DNA of 64,000 bases from assembly GCA_030390025.1 (NCBI GenBank), contig CM059432.1:63304001-63368000 (forward strand). The letters are read 5' to 3'. Positions within the stretch are counted from its first letter, which is position 1; each line of letters starts with the position of its first letter. Origin of the DNA: Squalus acanthias. Its lineage: Eukaryota. The notes under the pieces were generated by a model that was not told the origin of the DNA, ran no database searches, and saw only the letters and a program-made list of their open reading frames with translations. Shown in pieces: positions 38,676 through 51,757 of this stretch. The translations under genes and the position numbers were made by a program.

Positions 38676-41600
38676 TAAAGGCATGTGCAGTACAGTTCTT
38701 ACCGGAAGCCATGTTGTGTTGTTGTATATATATGGTGTGTCTCAAGATATCACAGAATTGGCGATGAGGATGCGATTGTGGATTCCCTAGCTGAAATTTT
38801 TGTTGGAGGATAATCCTGCCAACCGACGGAGGGACTGTTAGAGGTTCTTTGTTTTGCAGAAAAACTTAAAAATCCGAGGTAAATTTCGAGCACACGTCAC
38901 TGAACTGTCGATGTTACCAGAGTCCAGATGGCTGTGCCGATGGGAACAATAGGGCGCTTGGGTGAGTTCCATCGCAACCGAGAGACTTTGAGCGTATGTG
39001 GAGCGGCTAGAAATGTTTTTCACCGCGAATAGTATTGTCGACGTCCTCGATGATGTAAACCATAATCGGGCAGTTTTAGAAATGAAATGGGCTATTTTTT
39101 TGATTGAAGCAGGCCCTGAGGTGTATGAAACCCTGAAAAATGTGCTTGTTCTCGCCAAGCCGAAGGACACACCACTGAAGGAGATCCTAACCAAGTTAGA
39201 ACAGCACTACAGTCCTGAGCCCCTGGAAATTACTGAAAGTTATCATTTTGGAACATGTGATCAATTAAATGATGAGGGTATCAGTGAATACATTGTAGCT
39301 TTAAAAAAGCTATCCATTCACTGTCATTTCAGAAACTTTCAGGACCGAGCTTTGCATGACCGCTTTGTTTGTACATTGACAAATGAACATATCAGAAGTA
39401 AATTGTTGACAACCCCTAACTTGACTTTTGACTTAGCTTGTCAGACAGCTATGTCGATGGATATGGCCGACCGATACTCCCGAGAGTTCCGCGGCATTTC
39501 CAGTCTTCAGACAACCGAGGTGAATCAGCTGCAGGCTAAAAGTAAAAGGCAGTTGGGCCCCAAGGCAACTGGCCAAGGTAACAGTGCATTGAAGTCATGC
39601 TATCGGTGCCTGGGGCAACACATCGCTCAAAGCTGTCCATATGTGAAGGCAGAGTGTTTCTATTGCAAGAAAAGTGGGCGTCTTGCGAAGGTATGCCGAC
39701 AGAAGAGTAAACTGACTGGCAATTCTAGAAGTAGAAGTCACCCGACGCTACATACTGTTGAAGAGAAGCAGCAGGACAAGGAGTTTCTGGAGATTCATGT
39801 TATCAGGAGCATGAAGGTATCTAACAGCGATATTGCGACAAGTTGTTTGATTATCGACTAGAGAAATCGAAGGTAGAGCTGCGAGGCTACTCATGAGAGC
39901 AAATCCCTGTAGTAGGAAGTGACACCCTACCAGTGAAATACAAGGATCAGTGTCAGAGTTTGCCTCTCATAGTAGTGGCAGGAGACAAGCCTGCCTTGAT
40001 AGGTAGAAATTGGTTGGGATCACTGAAGCTGGATTGGAATGAGATTTTCATGGGGAAGCGAAATTTGCATTAAAAGATGATGTCATCAAGCAGTATCTGA
40101 AGGTTTTGGCGAAACTGGCAGTCCGATCCAAGACTTCAAGGCGAGTGTCAGACTGCAGAAGGACGCAAGACCAGTTTACTGCAAGCCACGTCCCATACCG
40201 TACGCACTCAAGGAGAAAGTTGAGCAAGAACTCAAAAGACTAGGAACTGAAAACATTATCGCTAAGGTAGATCTGAGTAATTGGGCTACATCCATTGTTG
40301 TTGTACCTCAGTCAGATGGTAAGGTATGGTAAGGTTGTGTGGTGATTATAAGGTAACCGTAAACCAAGTTCTAGAGTGTAATCTACCCAATACGTTGCCA
40401 AATGTGGAAGATTTGTTCACAACGCTGACAGGTGGCCAGATCTTTTCGAAGTTAGATCTAACAAACGCCTACCTACAACTTGAGTTAGATGAAGAGTCCA
40501 AGTCATGCTTGATTATAAATACTCACCGAGGCCTATATCAGTTCAATAGGCTACCATTTGGAGTGTCTTCTGCCCCTGACATATTCCAGGGGGTGATGAA
40601 CCAAATTTTGCAAGGGATTGAAGAGGTAGTGTGTTATTTGGATGACATACTCATTTCAGCACCAAACAGGCAAATCCATGATGAGATGTTGAATGACGTG
40701 CTCAAACAGCTAGAGCAGCATGGCGTACGAGTGACAGCTCACAAGTGTGAGTTCTTTCAAAACTCAGTGGAGTACTTAGGGCACAGAGTAGACAAAGATG
40801 GTTTACATCCAACCAAGGGAAAGCTGGATGCAATCAGAAATGCACCCACTCCCAAGAATGTCTCTGAATTTCGATCATTTTTGGGTCTTTTGAATTATTA
40901 CGGAAAGTTCCTCCCAAACTTGGCTACATTGTTACATCCACTGAATGAGCTGTTGAGAAAACTGGTCTCTTGGAAGTGGTCAAAAGAATGCGACACAGCA
41001 TTTAAAGAGTGTAAAAGCCAGTTAGAAGAGAGTACCATATTAGTTCACTATGATGTATCTAAGGAGATCAAGCTAGCGTGTGACGCCTCTCCGTATGGAG
41101 TTGGGGCAGTGATCTCTCAGATACTAGATAGTGGGGAGGAGAGACCAATTGTTTTTGCTTCACGTACTCGGTGCCAGTGAGCGGAATTATGTGCAGATCG
41201 AAAGGGAAGCTTTGTCGTTGATTTTTGGGGTCAAGAAGTTTCAAAAATACTTGTTTGGTCGGAAGTTTACTATAGTTACTGACCATAAGCCCCTGACAGC
41301 AATCCTCCATCCAAAGTCCCCAGTTACAACCTTAGCTGCAGCCCGAATGCAGAGATGGGCTTTGATTTTGTCAACGTATCGATATGACATTGAGTACAGA
41401 TGATCAGCTGATCACAGTAATGCTGATGCTATGTCCAGGTTGCCATCCCAATCATAAGTTACACCTAATATGGAAGAAGTGTTCTATTTCTCATACATTG
41501 ATGAGCTGCCAGTCACAGCTGAAGAGATTGGTAGGGTAACCAAACGTGACCCAATTATGTCAAAGGTATATGATTACATAGCAAATGGATGGCCAAACCA

Positions 41601-43214
41601 AGTATCAGAGGAAGATATCCATCCATACTTCGTTTGTAGGAATGAATTGTCAGTGGATAAAGATTGTATCATGTAGGGAGCAAGAATGGTTATCCCAAAT
41701 AGGTTCAGGTCTAAATTGTTAGGAGATCTTCATGACCAGCACTTGGGACTGTGCTTGACCAAGAGCTTTGCAAGCAGTTACTTATAGTGGCCAGGTTTAG
41801 ATAAAGATATAGAGTACATAGTCAGTCAATGTACAACATGTCAATCGGTGAGCAAGAAACCACCATCAGTACCATTACAGCCATGGAAATGGCCTCCCAG
41901 AGTGTGGCAAAGGTTACATGTAGATTTTGCTGAGCTAGAAGGACAGCAATTATTCATAGTGAAAGATAGTCACTAAAATTGGGTAGAGATGTTTCCGATG
42001 CGGATAATAACAAGCGAAACACTAGACAATTTGCGAAGATTGTTTTCTTCCAACAGCCTCCCAGAAGAAGTTGTGTCTGATAATGGGCCGCAATTTTGTT
42101 CAGAAGAGTTCACACTGTTCATGAGCAGAAACAATGTGAAACATACCAAAGTTCCACTTCAAATGGTGCAGCAGGACGCACTCTACAAATTGTCAAATGT
42201 GCCCTCATCAAACAAATGTTGGATCCAAATCCAAAGAAACGTCAGTTGTTGTTGGACCACAAATTGGCAAATTTTCTGATTACATATCGGAATACTCCTC
42301 ATACCACTACTGGTAGAAAACCAGCAGAGTTGTTTCTCGTTGTTAAAGCCAAACTTGGCACAGTCCGTAGAAGAGAAACAATCAAGACAGAAAGAGAGCC
42401 GTGATAAAGTTAGAGTTAGAGAGAGAAGTGTGAAGTTGAACCAGAAGGTTAGAGTGAAGAACCATCACCATAAATGGTTAAAGTGGTTACCCGGAAGAGT
42501 AGTGAAGATATGTGGCCCTCGCACATATTTGGTCAAGATGTTTGATCATGGAAAGGTTAGGTTCGTTCACATTGATCATATCTTACTTACAGATGTGGAA
42601 GGAGTTGAAAGCTGGGATGATTCAATTTATTCTGATAAGTCAGATAGTCCTGTTACAAGTAGAGTACCAGTAGCAAATCCTACATCAGACGTACCAGAAA
42701 CAAATCCAAGATAAAGTCAGAATTTAAGTCTGAGCCCGAGTCAGGCAGACAAACAATCTGAAAGTGTAGAGAGTCCAAATGTAGATCAAGGTCAGCCCTT
42801 GGAGAAAAGTTCTCCGCAGGCTGATCCTAGAATGAGTCAAAGTCCTACAACAAGATCTGAAAGTTCTGTTCAAGAAAGAAGGTATCCTCTTCGAAACAGA
42901 AAACCAGTGGTTAAGTTTAATCTGCAAATATGGAAAATAAGTTCATATCTTTTGTTTGTGTTACAGAATTCTATAGTAGAATTTGGAAACATAAAATGGG
43001 TTCTATTTGAGAAATGTATACCAAGAGTTGTGTATACCATGCAAGTCATGTACAATGATTATTTGCTGTGATTAACTTCTTCAATAAGGAGGGAGAAGTG
43101 TAATAGAGCCACCTGGTGGACTACTGATGTAGATAATAATAAAGCCATGTGCAGTACAGTTCTTACAGCCATGTTGTGCTGTTGTATATATATGCTGTGT
43201 CTCAAGATATCACA
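38676..43214 (+). mobile_element. Ty3/Gypsy (Mag-like) LTR retrotransposon, decayed
   Basis: 5' LTR remnant 38676-38754; PBS tggcgatgaggatg (tRNA-Ser GCT-like) at 38759; gag with two Zn knuckles; RT (YLDD); RNase H (CDAS); integrase (H.DF, VSDNGPQF); PPT at ~43085-43098; 3' LTR TG...CA 43099-43214. Confidence 0.95.
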
Positions 43215-43336
43215 GTGTCCAAGACGGGAAAGTGGTGAAAATAAAGATTTTTATGGTTGACAATACATTAACCGAAACTTGACATTAACGTTGACTAAAA
43301 CACCCAAGTGGCTACCCTTGTGAATTTACTTGTGTG

Positions 43337-45151
43337 TCATCTTTCTCTTCCAGGAGGTGCTACCCCTGTGGCTTCAGCAGAGGTAGAGGCAGCCTGCTCA
43401 CTTGACTGCTGAGACTGCTTAGACACTCTTGGCGGACATCCTCTGGATTTTGAAGCCTGTGATGGCCCCGCCAAAGTCTGCTCCTCCTGCGACTGAGCAG
43501 GGGCAGACTCGGCCATCGCGATCCGGGGAGCCACCTGGGGCTCTGACTGAGGGAGTGGCAATGGGAGAGAAGTGTAAGCACTTTAAGAGAAGCCCACACT
43601 TCCCTCTCCCCTCTCACCGTCGCCCCTCTCATGGGCCACCCGCACTTCCCTGCTAGCAAGGAGCTGGAGAGCACCTCGCTGCACATCAGTGGGGCCATGA
43701 GGACCAAAGTCTACACTGACATCCCTCCTAGACAGGAGGTTTATGAACCTCTGCCATCTATTCTCCATAGGAGATCATGTGCTCCTGTGAGTGGCGCATT
43801 AGCTGCTCCATGCAAGTGGCCATTCTATTGCCTGCGACACGGTTGTGCCCATGTTGGAGATGGACTCCTCCATTCTTTGAACATTTGCAGACATTGCGGT
43901 CGTAAAACCTGTCAGACCCTTCTGCACTTCTTCCTGCACCTCCAGGATCGCCCTCTTTCTCGATAGCACCCGAGGCTCAGCGTCTGCATGCAGCTGAGCA
44001 GGACTGGGAGCGTCCTGCACCATCCAGCGAGGAGTCTCCACTGCTGTCCCTGTCTCCACCATCTGCTCTTGCTCACTTGTGACCTCACCAGGTGACAACA
44101 CTACTCTCTCGCGTGGGACCTACCGAGGTGTAGTCTCTGCGCTGGTGCTGGGTGTGCTCATGTCTGGTGATGCTGCGCTCTCAGAGGCTGGAGGCTCCTC
44201 TGAGGCGTCGCCTTCCTCTTCCTCCTGGACAGTGGGGTGGGGGGTCTCTTGATGTACCTGTGGGAGAGTAAAGAGGTGAATTAGATACGCCATATGAAGA
44301 ATGAGTACAGATACCATTATGATGACCATTCAGTGGCTGCTGACATCAGTCCCCATATGAGTGACTGATGTGGCCATGTAGCTGTATGATATGTAATTCT
44401 ATCACCAGGTTGCTGAGATGTCCCCCTCTCTCCGTCTCCCACCTCCAGCTGCTCGGTCATTCCTGATACTTCCAACGCAGCCTCCTCTGCTGTTGTGAGG
44501 GTGGCAAATGATGGAAGCCCACCTCCAGTTCTCTCCCTAACCCTCTTATTGTGTGCTCTCTTCTCCTGCAAGGAGGGAAAGAAGAGAAGGTTGAGTGAGA
44601 GTGATGGAATGAGTGTAAGGAATGGATGGGTAACATCTGTAGAGGGTGACTATGATGGAGTGGGGTGGCAATGCCAAGTGGCCTCCTTGCATGTTATTAG
44701 TTGGTATGATTGCATTAGGATGAGGGTGAGGGGGAGTGTGAGGGGTGCTTAGTCAGATGGGGATGTGATAATGTAGATAGAGAGAGGGATGGGTGGAGGT
44801 GCAAGGTATATTGGCGTGAGTAAGGATGTGCAGGAGTAGGGTTGGGAAGGCAGAGTGATGAGGATGTGATGAGAGGCACAGCCGGAAGAAGTTGAATGTG
44901 GCTTTGTACTCCCCTTTCCTGATCTAATGAGATTGTTGAAATGTTTCCGGCACTAAACTCAGGTCCTCCTGAACACATCCCTGCTGTTGCCCTCCTCTGC
45001 AATTTGGAGCCAGGTTTTTTGTCTCCTCGGGAGGTCTCTTCCGCCCATTGGAAGGGAAGAGGACATCCCTGTGTGCTCTGACTCCCTCCACAAGCTTAAG
45101 GAGGGAGTCATCGGAGAACCTGGGTGCAGCCCTCTGCCTCTGTGCAGCCAT
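43337..45151 (-). pseudogene. Harbinger Myb/SANT-like partner gene, 3 exons
   Basis: MAAQRQRAAPRFSDDSLLKLVEGVRAHRDVLFP; exon 2 EKRAHNKRVRERTGGG (44565-44405); exon 3 from 44257. Confidence 0.85.
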
Positions 45152-45445
45152 CTCTCCAACTGTTTGGAGCAATCAAAACCTCCAGTGTGCTGCCTGCACT
45201 ATCCTAGATGAACCTTCAAACGTAATGTGGCCACGGCTCCTTTAAATATCCCGGCTGAAAACGCATCATCGATGATGTCATCAGACCCACACCATTTAAT
45301 AGGGCCGGGTAACGCGCAGGGCGGGCTTAATAGGCCCCATTAGCGCAAAGTTGATTTCTGCAGCAGGATGGAAGCAACGGGATCGCGACCTGCCACAGCT
45401 ACCGCCCGCACCCGACCTGCCCAGGTACAGAAAATTCGGCCATAT

Positions 45446-46032
45446 GTGGTAGAGTTTTTGCTTTGGGCAGAATCGGCAATCTGGCGCAAATTGTGCTGGT
45501 TATCTGAAGTTATAGTTCAAGTTTCCGCTCAAACTCTTTTGCATAATTATACATGTAAAATCTTTCATGAATCCGCGCACTCGGGCAGTGTAATAGAGCG
45601 TAATTTCTCCTTGCATTAAAAAATACTGATTGCTGCATCACATTGAGTAACCTGATTTTAAATCACTGAAACTGACTTTAAAAAACTATACTGAACCATT
45701 TGCTAGTTTCATTGGTGTACACTAGTCACTTTCTTAGTAAATTAAATATTTTTTAATAAAAACGTGCATACTATGCCTTTGCACCTAAAAAAACAAGCTT
45801 AATTTGAAGAGCCTCCTTGAACGGGCGTAATCGGCGAAAACTCGCTCTGCTTATTATTTCGATAGTGGGGTGTGGCCTGTTTTGTGGGCAGAACTGGCTT
45901 CCAGTGCGCTGTTTTTTAAACCAGTGTTTAAGATCGTGGAAACTCAATTTACACTCAACGTAACTTGCGATTAAAATTCCTCGATCTTTTGTGCTGGTTT
46001 GGATGATTTCAGGCAAATTCCAACTTTAGGCC
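45446..46032. mobile_element. Probable non-autonomous Harbinger-type element abutting element E
   Basis: TAT|gtggtagagtt...aactttaggcc|GAT; CpG-containing subterminal regions; host CR1 resumes after it. Confidence 0.6.
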
Positions 46033-49000
46033 GATCTGTCACCTATCAGGCCAATTTGTTAACCTGTCTATGTCCACCTGCAGTCTCTTGACTACTTCCT
46101 CACAGTTTGCTACAACCCCCAATTTGATATCCTCAGCAAATTTTGATATAATTCCTCTTCTGCCCATGTCAAATCATTTATATAAATTGAAAACAAAAGA
46201 GGTCCCACTGCAGATTCCTTGGGCATACCACTAACCAATCCAAAAAACTTGAACCTACCCTTACTCTTTACTTTCCGACCCTCTAGCCATCTTTCTATCC
46301 ATGAAGTTACATTCCTCAAAAGTTTGTTTTGAATACTTATCTCCAGTAGTGATTCATCCACATTCTCCTAGGTCAAAGCTACATCCATTCTAACTCATGG
46401 CTCTAGTTCCCCAACTTTATATCTGATTCTTTGCACATTCACACATAAACATCTCAGTTATGTCACCCAGTTTGTTTTATTGTACAATTCAATTTAAACA
46501 GTGCTCAATTTAAATTATTGGTAGCAGATGCCAATTCTCATTAAGGATCACAGCACAGTGGAGCTCTCTCTAAAATATGACATGGATGAAACTATCCAGT
46601 TCACCCTCTCCATCCACTTTGTTAACTTTGGCTTGGGTCCTCCTTGGGTTTTCCAGTTATACTCTTGAGTGGATACTTTCAGATAGATGTTTGACAGAAT
46701 GCGGATTGGCATGTGGGAATCATTAGTTCTGCTGCTTCATGTCAGTGATTTGTGCATCTTGTATATCATTAGTGGCCTGCATGCTTGTAGCCTGTATATT
46801 TCATATAGGCATTGTGAAATTGTAAGCCTTTGCCTGCACCCTACACTACTCAAAAACAATGATAGTAAACACCTTCTTTGCCACTTACATGGAAGCCAGT
46901 GGGCAGCTGAAGACCACCTGACCATACCCCTGCCAGCAGCTACTCTGTGCCCTCTTCCTGCCCATTCTGGCTGGGAATGGACTGCCAAAATTTAAAAGAG
47001 GCCCCATGTTTAAAATTATTGTGACCTCTGGCAGGTGAGAAATTAACTCAGTGTATCAATTTCCCACCTGCAGACCCACTCTGAATTAAAATCCAACCAT
47101 TACCTGAAAAGGATTACAGAAATGAATAAAAATACCCAGAAGTCAAAGGGACATCTTCCCAAGGCACTCGGCTACCAAATTAACACTAATTTGGCCAGAG
47201 GACAGGATTGTAAACATTTCCAAAATCATTTCAGAAAATGAAACATCCACCTAAGAGCCCCAGATAGTTGATCATTTTAAATTTCAGCTTCCGTGCAATT
47301 TGGAAATATATTAAGCATAAATTATAGCAGTCTCTGAAATCTGATGATCTGTGCTTTCGGTACATGCAAAAAGCTCTTTAGTCACAGTTGTACTTGACCT
47401 GCATTTTTAAGTCTCTACCAAAATGGCTTTTTCATTTGTCTGACTCCAGTTTCCAGTGTATGAGTGGTTCTAAGTAACAGTTTGCATATTGTCCTTATTT
47501 TCTGCACAGATTTTCTTCCAGCTCTGCTCCGTCCATTGCAAGGTTTATAATCATTTCTGAGAGGAATGACAGGCACAAGGAAGTCTTAATGGTAATACGT
47601 CCTCTTCCTGTGATGGAGCCTCGGTTGCCTCCTTAACCTGCTGGCTTTCTTCACTTTGCTCTTCCTCCTCTTCACAACACAGGTACAAGGGACTCCCAAT
47701 GGAAACTCCATTGTGTCCCAAAAAATGATTTCCACAGCATTAGCAGCAATGCTGAAGGTATAAGATAACTGCAGATAGAAAAAGTCCCTGAAAAAAACAA
47801 AAAAGCAACAAATCTTCTGTAACAAAGTTTGACCAAGTACACTATCCTAATAATCCTAATAGTAATAATAGTACTGTTGCCTGGTGACATCCAAGTAGCA
47901 CCTTTCAGTGTCTCTTTCATACAGGCATTTTTGGGGGGGAATATCTACACATGGCAGAGGAGGAAAATCCAATGTTGTGCTTCAGTGGCTTATTTAAACC
48001 TCATTTGCATGTGATAAGTAGGATTACAGCAGATGCTGCAGACCACTAACATCAGAAATGAGAACAGGTTTTGGACTGGAATCAATGCTAGACCTCTGCA
48101 TCCCATTTTGCTCCACCGTTCATACAGCATCTGAGTTAAAAAGTTAATGGGAGGAGATGTGAGGCCACTCTCTCCTCCTCCATTCCTCAGCTCTGATGGA
48201 CAACCTTCTCCTTCTCCCCCATCATTTTACCTGGAACACTTATCCGCTCCAATCCAGTTCAAGCTTTGACTCTTCTTCTACGTGGCTTTAGGCAGAAGCA
48301 GGTCTTCAGCTGGTCTGAAGACAGGAGGCCCTTGCAGTAAGTCTAAACCTTTCCTTTGTGGGGCCAGGAGGAGCAAGAGTTCTCCTCCTGGCCCCACAAG
48401 GGAAGTCACGGCCCCCTGACCTGGGCTCCCCCACCCCTTCCCTCCTGCAAGACCCTCCAAAAATCCCCTCCTCACCACTTACCTGGAAGACGGTGGGTGG
48501 CCCAGAGCTTCTTGATCTTCAGCAGCTGCCAGATGCTTTGCACCCTCTTCACTCCCATTCCGGGTGGAAAGTGGACCGGGAGCATTTAAATGAAGTCCAT
48601 TGGTAAATATGGCCATGCTCCTCTGCTTCCTGTACTGTGCGGGAAATCAACTCATCGGTTAAAATCCTTCCCATATTTCCTGTGTTTCCTGTGTATAAGA
48701 GAAAGTTCAGTTATACTGTTCAGATGGCTGTGATAATGAGATTTTCATAGTGGCAAAATTCATTTTTAATGCTGGAATCTGCAGTTGCATTTTCTATGAC
48801 TTTTGCCGAAGTAATATTGCATGGTTACATTTATATCTTGTAAGGTCTCTCAGAGTCTCATCTTTGTATTCCTTCATATTTCACCACTTACAAAAGTCTG
48901 TTCGTAGTATCACAAAGACTTTATTCATTTGCATGGTGATACCCAAACATCTTGTTTCAATGAATTAAATGAATTAATTGGAAATGGTCATGGCATCTTT

Positions 49001-49309
49001 AGTCTCTCTTAGTTTGGACTTTCCATTCTTTCTGATGGTTTAGCTCATAGATGATCATGAGTCTCCTAAAAATTGTAATTATGGGACACAACTGTATATG
49101 AATGACTTTTTCAGAATGGCTATGAAATGGTTCAATTGGGTCAGCTGAGTATTCTAGTTTTCAGTTGATTGCCTGTCTTTCTATTTAGTATTTCTTTGAA
49201 GAACCCTGACATCCAAGAAGCAAGTTGTCTCCAATTCCTTGGTTACAACAGTTTGATATGACTGGTTTACCATTGACTGTTTTTCTGATTCAATGTTATT
49301 CCCTGCCTT

Positions 49310-49645
49310 GCCTTCTGCTCCTTTCTTCTGGGGTACAGTTCCACAGGACCAGCAATCTTCTAGTTCCTTGCCTAAATGATCATTCTTCTTGTGTGAACCA
49401 GGTCTCACAGCTGAACCTGATCCTTTGCCCATTCAATATGCACAGAGATGTGTTTCCCAGCAGGGGTAACTTAATATCATTATGGTCAGCAAGAACCCAG
49501 ACTGATTTTTATTTGAGATTCAAATTTTAAACCACAGCCCTGCTGAGATAACTTAACATAGCACTGGTCAGGAAACTCGCCTGAGATCTTTCTGGTCCAT
49601 GTGGTTCAGTACCTAACCATGCAATGTATTTACAAAGTAAACGAG
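49310..49645 (-). mobile_element. Ancient tRNA-headed SINE-like repeat (further fragments at ~10230-10320 + and ~60600-60720 -)
   Basis: Shared motifs among the three sites (gtggaactgtacccca; ccttc.g.agagga; cacttg) and a tRNA-like head. Confidence 0.55.
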
Positions 49646-49735
49646 TGACATCACTTTGAAACTTGAGGAAGGAATTTGTGCAGTTATAATCTGATTGGCT
49701 GAATTGACCGGGAAAAGCCTGCTGTAAGACACAAG

Positions 49736-49921
49736 GGGGTAGACTTTGACTTTGTGCGATAGTGTAAAATGGGTGATAGCAAATCGGCAGCCCGTTTTAC
49801 ATCTCTCCCGATTTTAATTTCCATTGACTTCCATGTAAATAAAAATCGGGAGAGATGTAAAACGGGCTGCCGATTCGCTATCACCCATATTACACTATCG
49901 CACAAAATCAAAATCTACCTC
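49736..49921. mobile_element. Palindromic Harbinger-type MITE (186 bp)
   Basis: AAG|ggggtaga...tctacctc|AAG; the two halves are near-perfect reverse complements. Confidence 0.9.
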
Positions 49922-50151
49922 AAGCTGAGGCAAATGACCCTAATATTTTTCCAGCAAAGTGTGACTCATCGTTTGCCCTAGCAAGAAATTGTCATACCTC
50001 TTCCTAAATTTATATTAAATCATGCATGATTTATGAACATAGCACAGAAATGTAGTTTGTTTACATTATTTACCATTTTATATTATTCGTGTAGAGGGCA
50101 CTTGTTATGAAAAGGTTATACATGGGTTTAACTTGAAAAGTGAGACTTTAT

Positions 50152-51025
50152 GGGAGGAATTTTAACATGAAAAAACAGGTGGGTTGGGGGTGTGAAGGAA
50201 GTTAAAGTACTAAAAATCTAAATCCCGATCCCAAACCACCCACTTCCGGGTTCAACGGAGGCGGGATGGGGGCTGGGCAGCCAACCCGCTGCCAGGAGGC
50301 GGGTTGGCACTTTAAATATGATAACAAGGCCCTGAAGCCTCTGATTTAACCTGCTGTGCAGGTTTAACTATGGCCGGCCGGGGATTCCGGGCCTCGGGAT
50401 TCCTGATAGCTGCAGCGAGGCGAGGACAGCCTCAGGGAGCAATCCTTGTGGGCCGGGAGGAGCAGAAGTGTTTCCTCCCGCCCTCCCCAAGCTCACCCAC
50501 CATCAGCCTGCCCCATACAAACACCACCCCCACCCCCCCAGGATCGGAACTTTCCCCCCCAACCCCCTGGGGTCAGGATTGGACCCCCCCAGGGATTAGA
50601 ACTCCTGCACCGCGCCCCCCCTGATGTGGGGGATCAGATCCCCCCCCCAGGGATCGGAAATTGGAACTCTCCCCACCCAGGGCTCGGGGATCAGACCCCC
50701 CCCCCTCAAGGATCAGAGCTCTTGCCCCCCCCTCCCCAGGGCTCAGGGATCAGAACCCCCCCCCCCGGGCTTGGAACCTACCCCTCTCCCACTGGCTTGG
50801 GGCTCGTACCTACCTGTTTGTTGTGGCCTCCTGTTCAGCGTTCACTGCTCGACTGGAAGCCATCCTCTCAATCAGGCTGGCTTCTGGGCGGGGAACCGGT
50901 CCGTGACGTCACACGCATACTGTGGAGTTAAACTCCACAGCGTGCGGGGAAACCCGACTTCCAGGTTTCCCGCGGTCTACCGGGCCCCCCTCTCCGGGCA
51001 GGTCAGAAACTTAAAAATTCCAGCC
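50152..51025. mobile_element. Non-autonomous Harbinger-type element with internal C-run repeats
   Basis: TAT|gggaggaatttt...aaaattccagcc|TAC; internal cccccaggg-atcgg repeats at 50530-50780. Confidence 0.8.
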
Positions 51026-51159
51026 TACGATTGAAGTCACAAAGTCCCAAACATACTAATACAAAATCAAAATAACGTGGATGCTGGAAATCGGAAATAG
51101 AAACAGAAGATGCTGGAAATACTCAGAAGGTCAGACTGCATCTGTGGAGAGAGAAACAG

Positions 51160-51196
51160 AGTTAACATTTCAGGTCGATGACCTTTCGTCAGAACT
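51160..51196 (-). ncRNA. Minimal hammerhead motif (stem III palindrome mutated)
   Basis: agtt-CUGACGA-a-aggtc-atc-gacct-GAAA-tg-UU-aact. Confidence 0.55.
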
Positions 51197-51720
51197 GGAA
51201 AAAGTTAGAGATGTAACAGATTTTAAGCAGGCGCAGAGGCAGAGAAAGGGGGAGGGAATTAAAGTGACGTAAGAGGCCGAGGACAAAAAGGTCAGAGTGG
51301 GAGTGGAGCTGAGAATTAAATTAATTCTCTGCTCCACTCCTACTCTGTCCTCACCCTCTTTCACTGTTCCAACAAAGCTCAATGTAAGCTCGAGGAACAG
51401 CACCTCATTTTTCGATTAGGCACTTTACAGCCTTCCGGACTCAACATCGAGTTCAACAATTTCAGACCATAACCTCTGCCGCTATTTTTTCACATGGCAG
51501 CTGTTGATGATTCTGCTATTCCCATTTACACCTCATCTAGACCCATCTTTTGTTTCTTTACTTGTCCCATTACCTTTTGCTTTCTACTATCATCCCTTTT
51601 GTCATTTAATCTCTCCTGCCTTCCACCCATCACAGACCTTCTCTTTTGTTCCTTCCTCCCCTCCCCCCCTTTCCCTGCCTCTGCACCTGCTTAAAATCTG
51701 TTACATCTCTAACTTTTTCC

Positions 51721-51757
51721 AGTTCTGACGAAAGGTTATTGACCTGAAACGTTAACT
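51721..51757 (+). ncRNA. Minimal hammerhead ribozyme motif
   Basis: agtt-CTGACGA-a-aggtt-att-gacct-GAAA-cg-TT-aact, identical to the 13971-14007 copy. Confidence 0.72.

Larger units (their letters stand above)
35378..45442. mobile_element. PIF/Harbinger DNA transposon E, carrying nested CR1 and Gypsy
   Basis: TAT|ggccggaattttctg...cagaaaattcggcca|TAT. Transposase at left (+), Myb-like gene at right (-). Confidence 0.88.
34610..46320 (-). mobile_element. Old CR1 (34610-35377 and 46033-46320), split by Harbinger E and an adjacent MITE
   Basis: Joining the flanks gives continuous CR1 RT sequence (tccacattgaacactat|ctgtcacctatc); G.P..S..GPLLFSIYINDL at ~46200. Confidence 0.7.

Noticed and set aside
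46880..48675. Additional MITE ends (taaaatccaacc ~47098, taaaatccttccc ~48672; also ~34585 and ~61585)
   Set aside because: Only one terminus is recognisable in each case, so boundaries cannot be supported.
49181..49432. 83-aa ORF that looks like a natural exon
   Set aside because: Largely overlaps an ancient SINE-like repeat whose fragments recur at ~10250 and ~60650; splice sites are weak.
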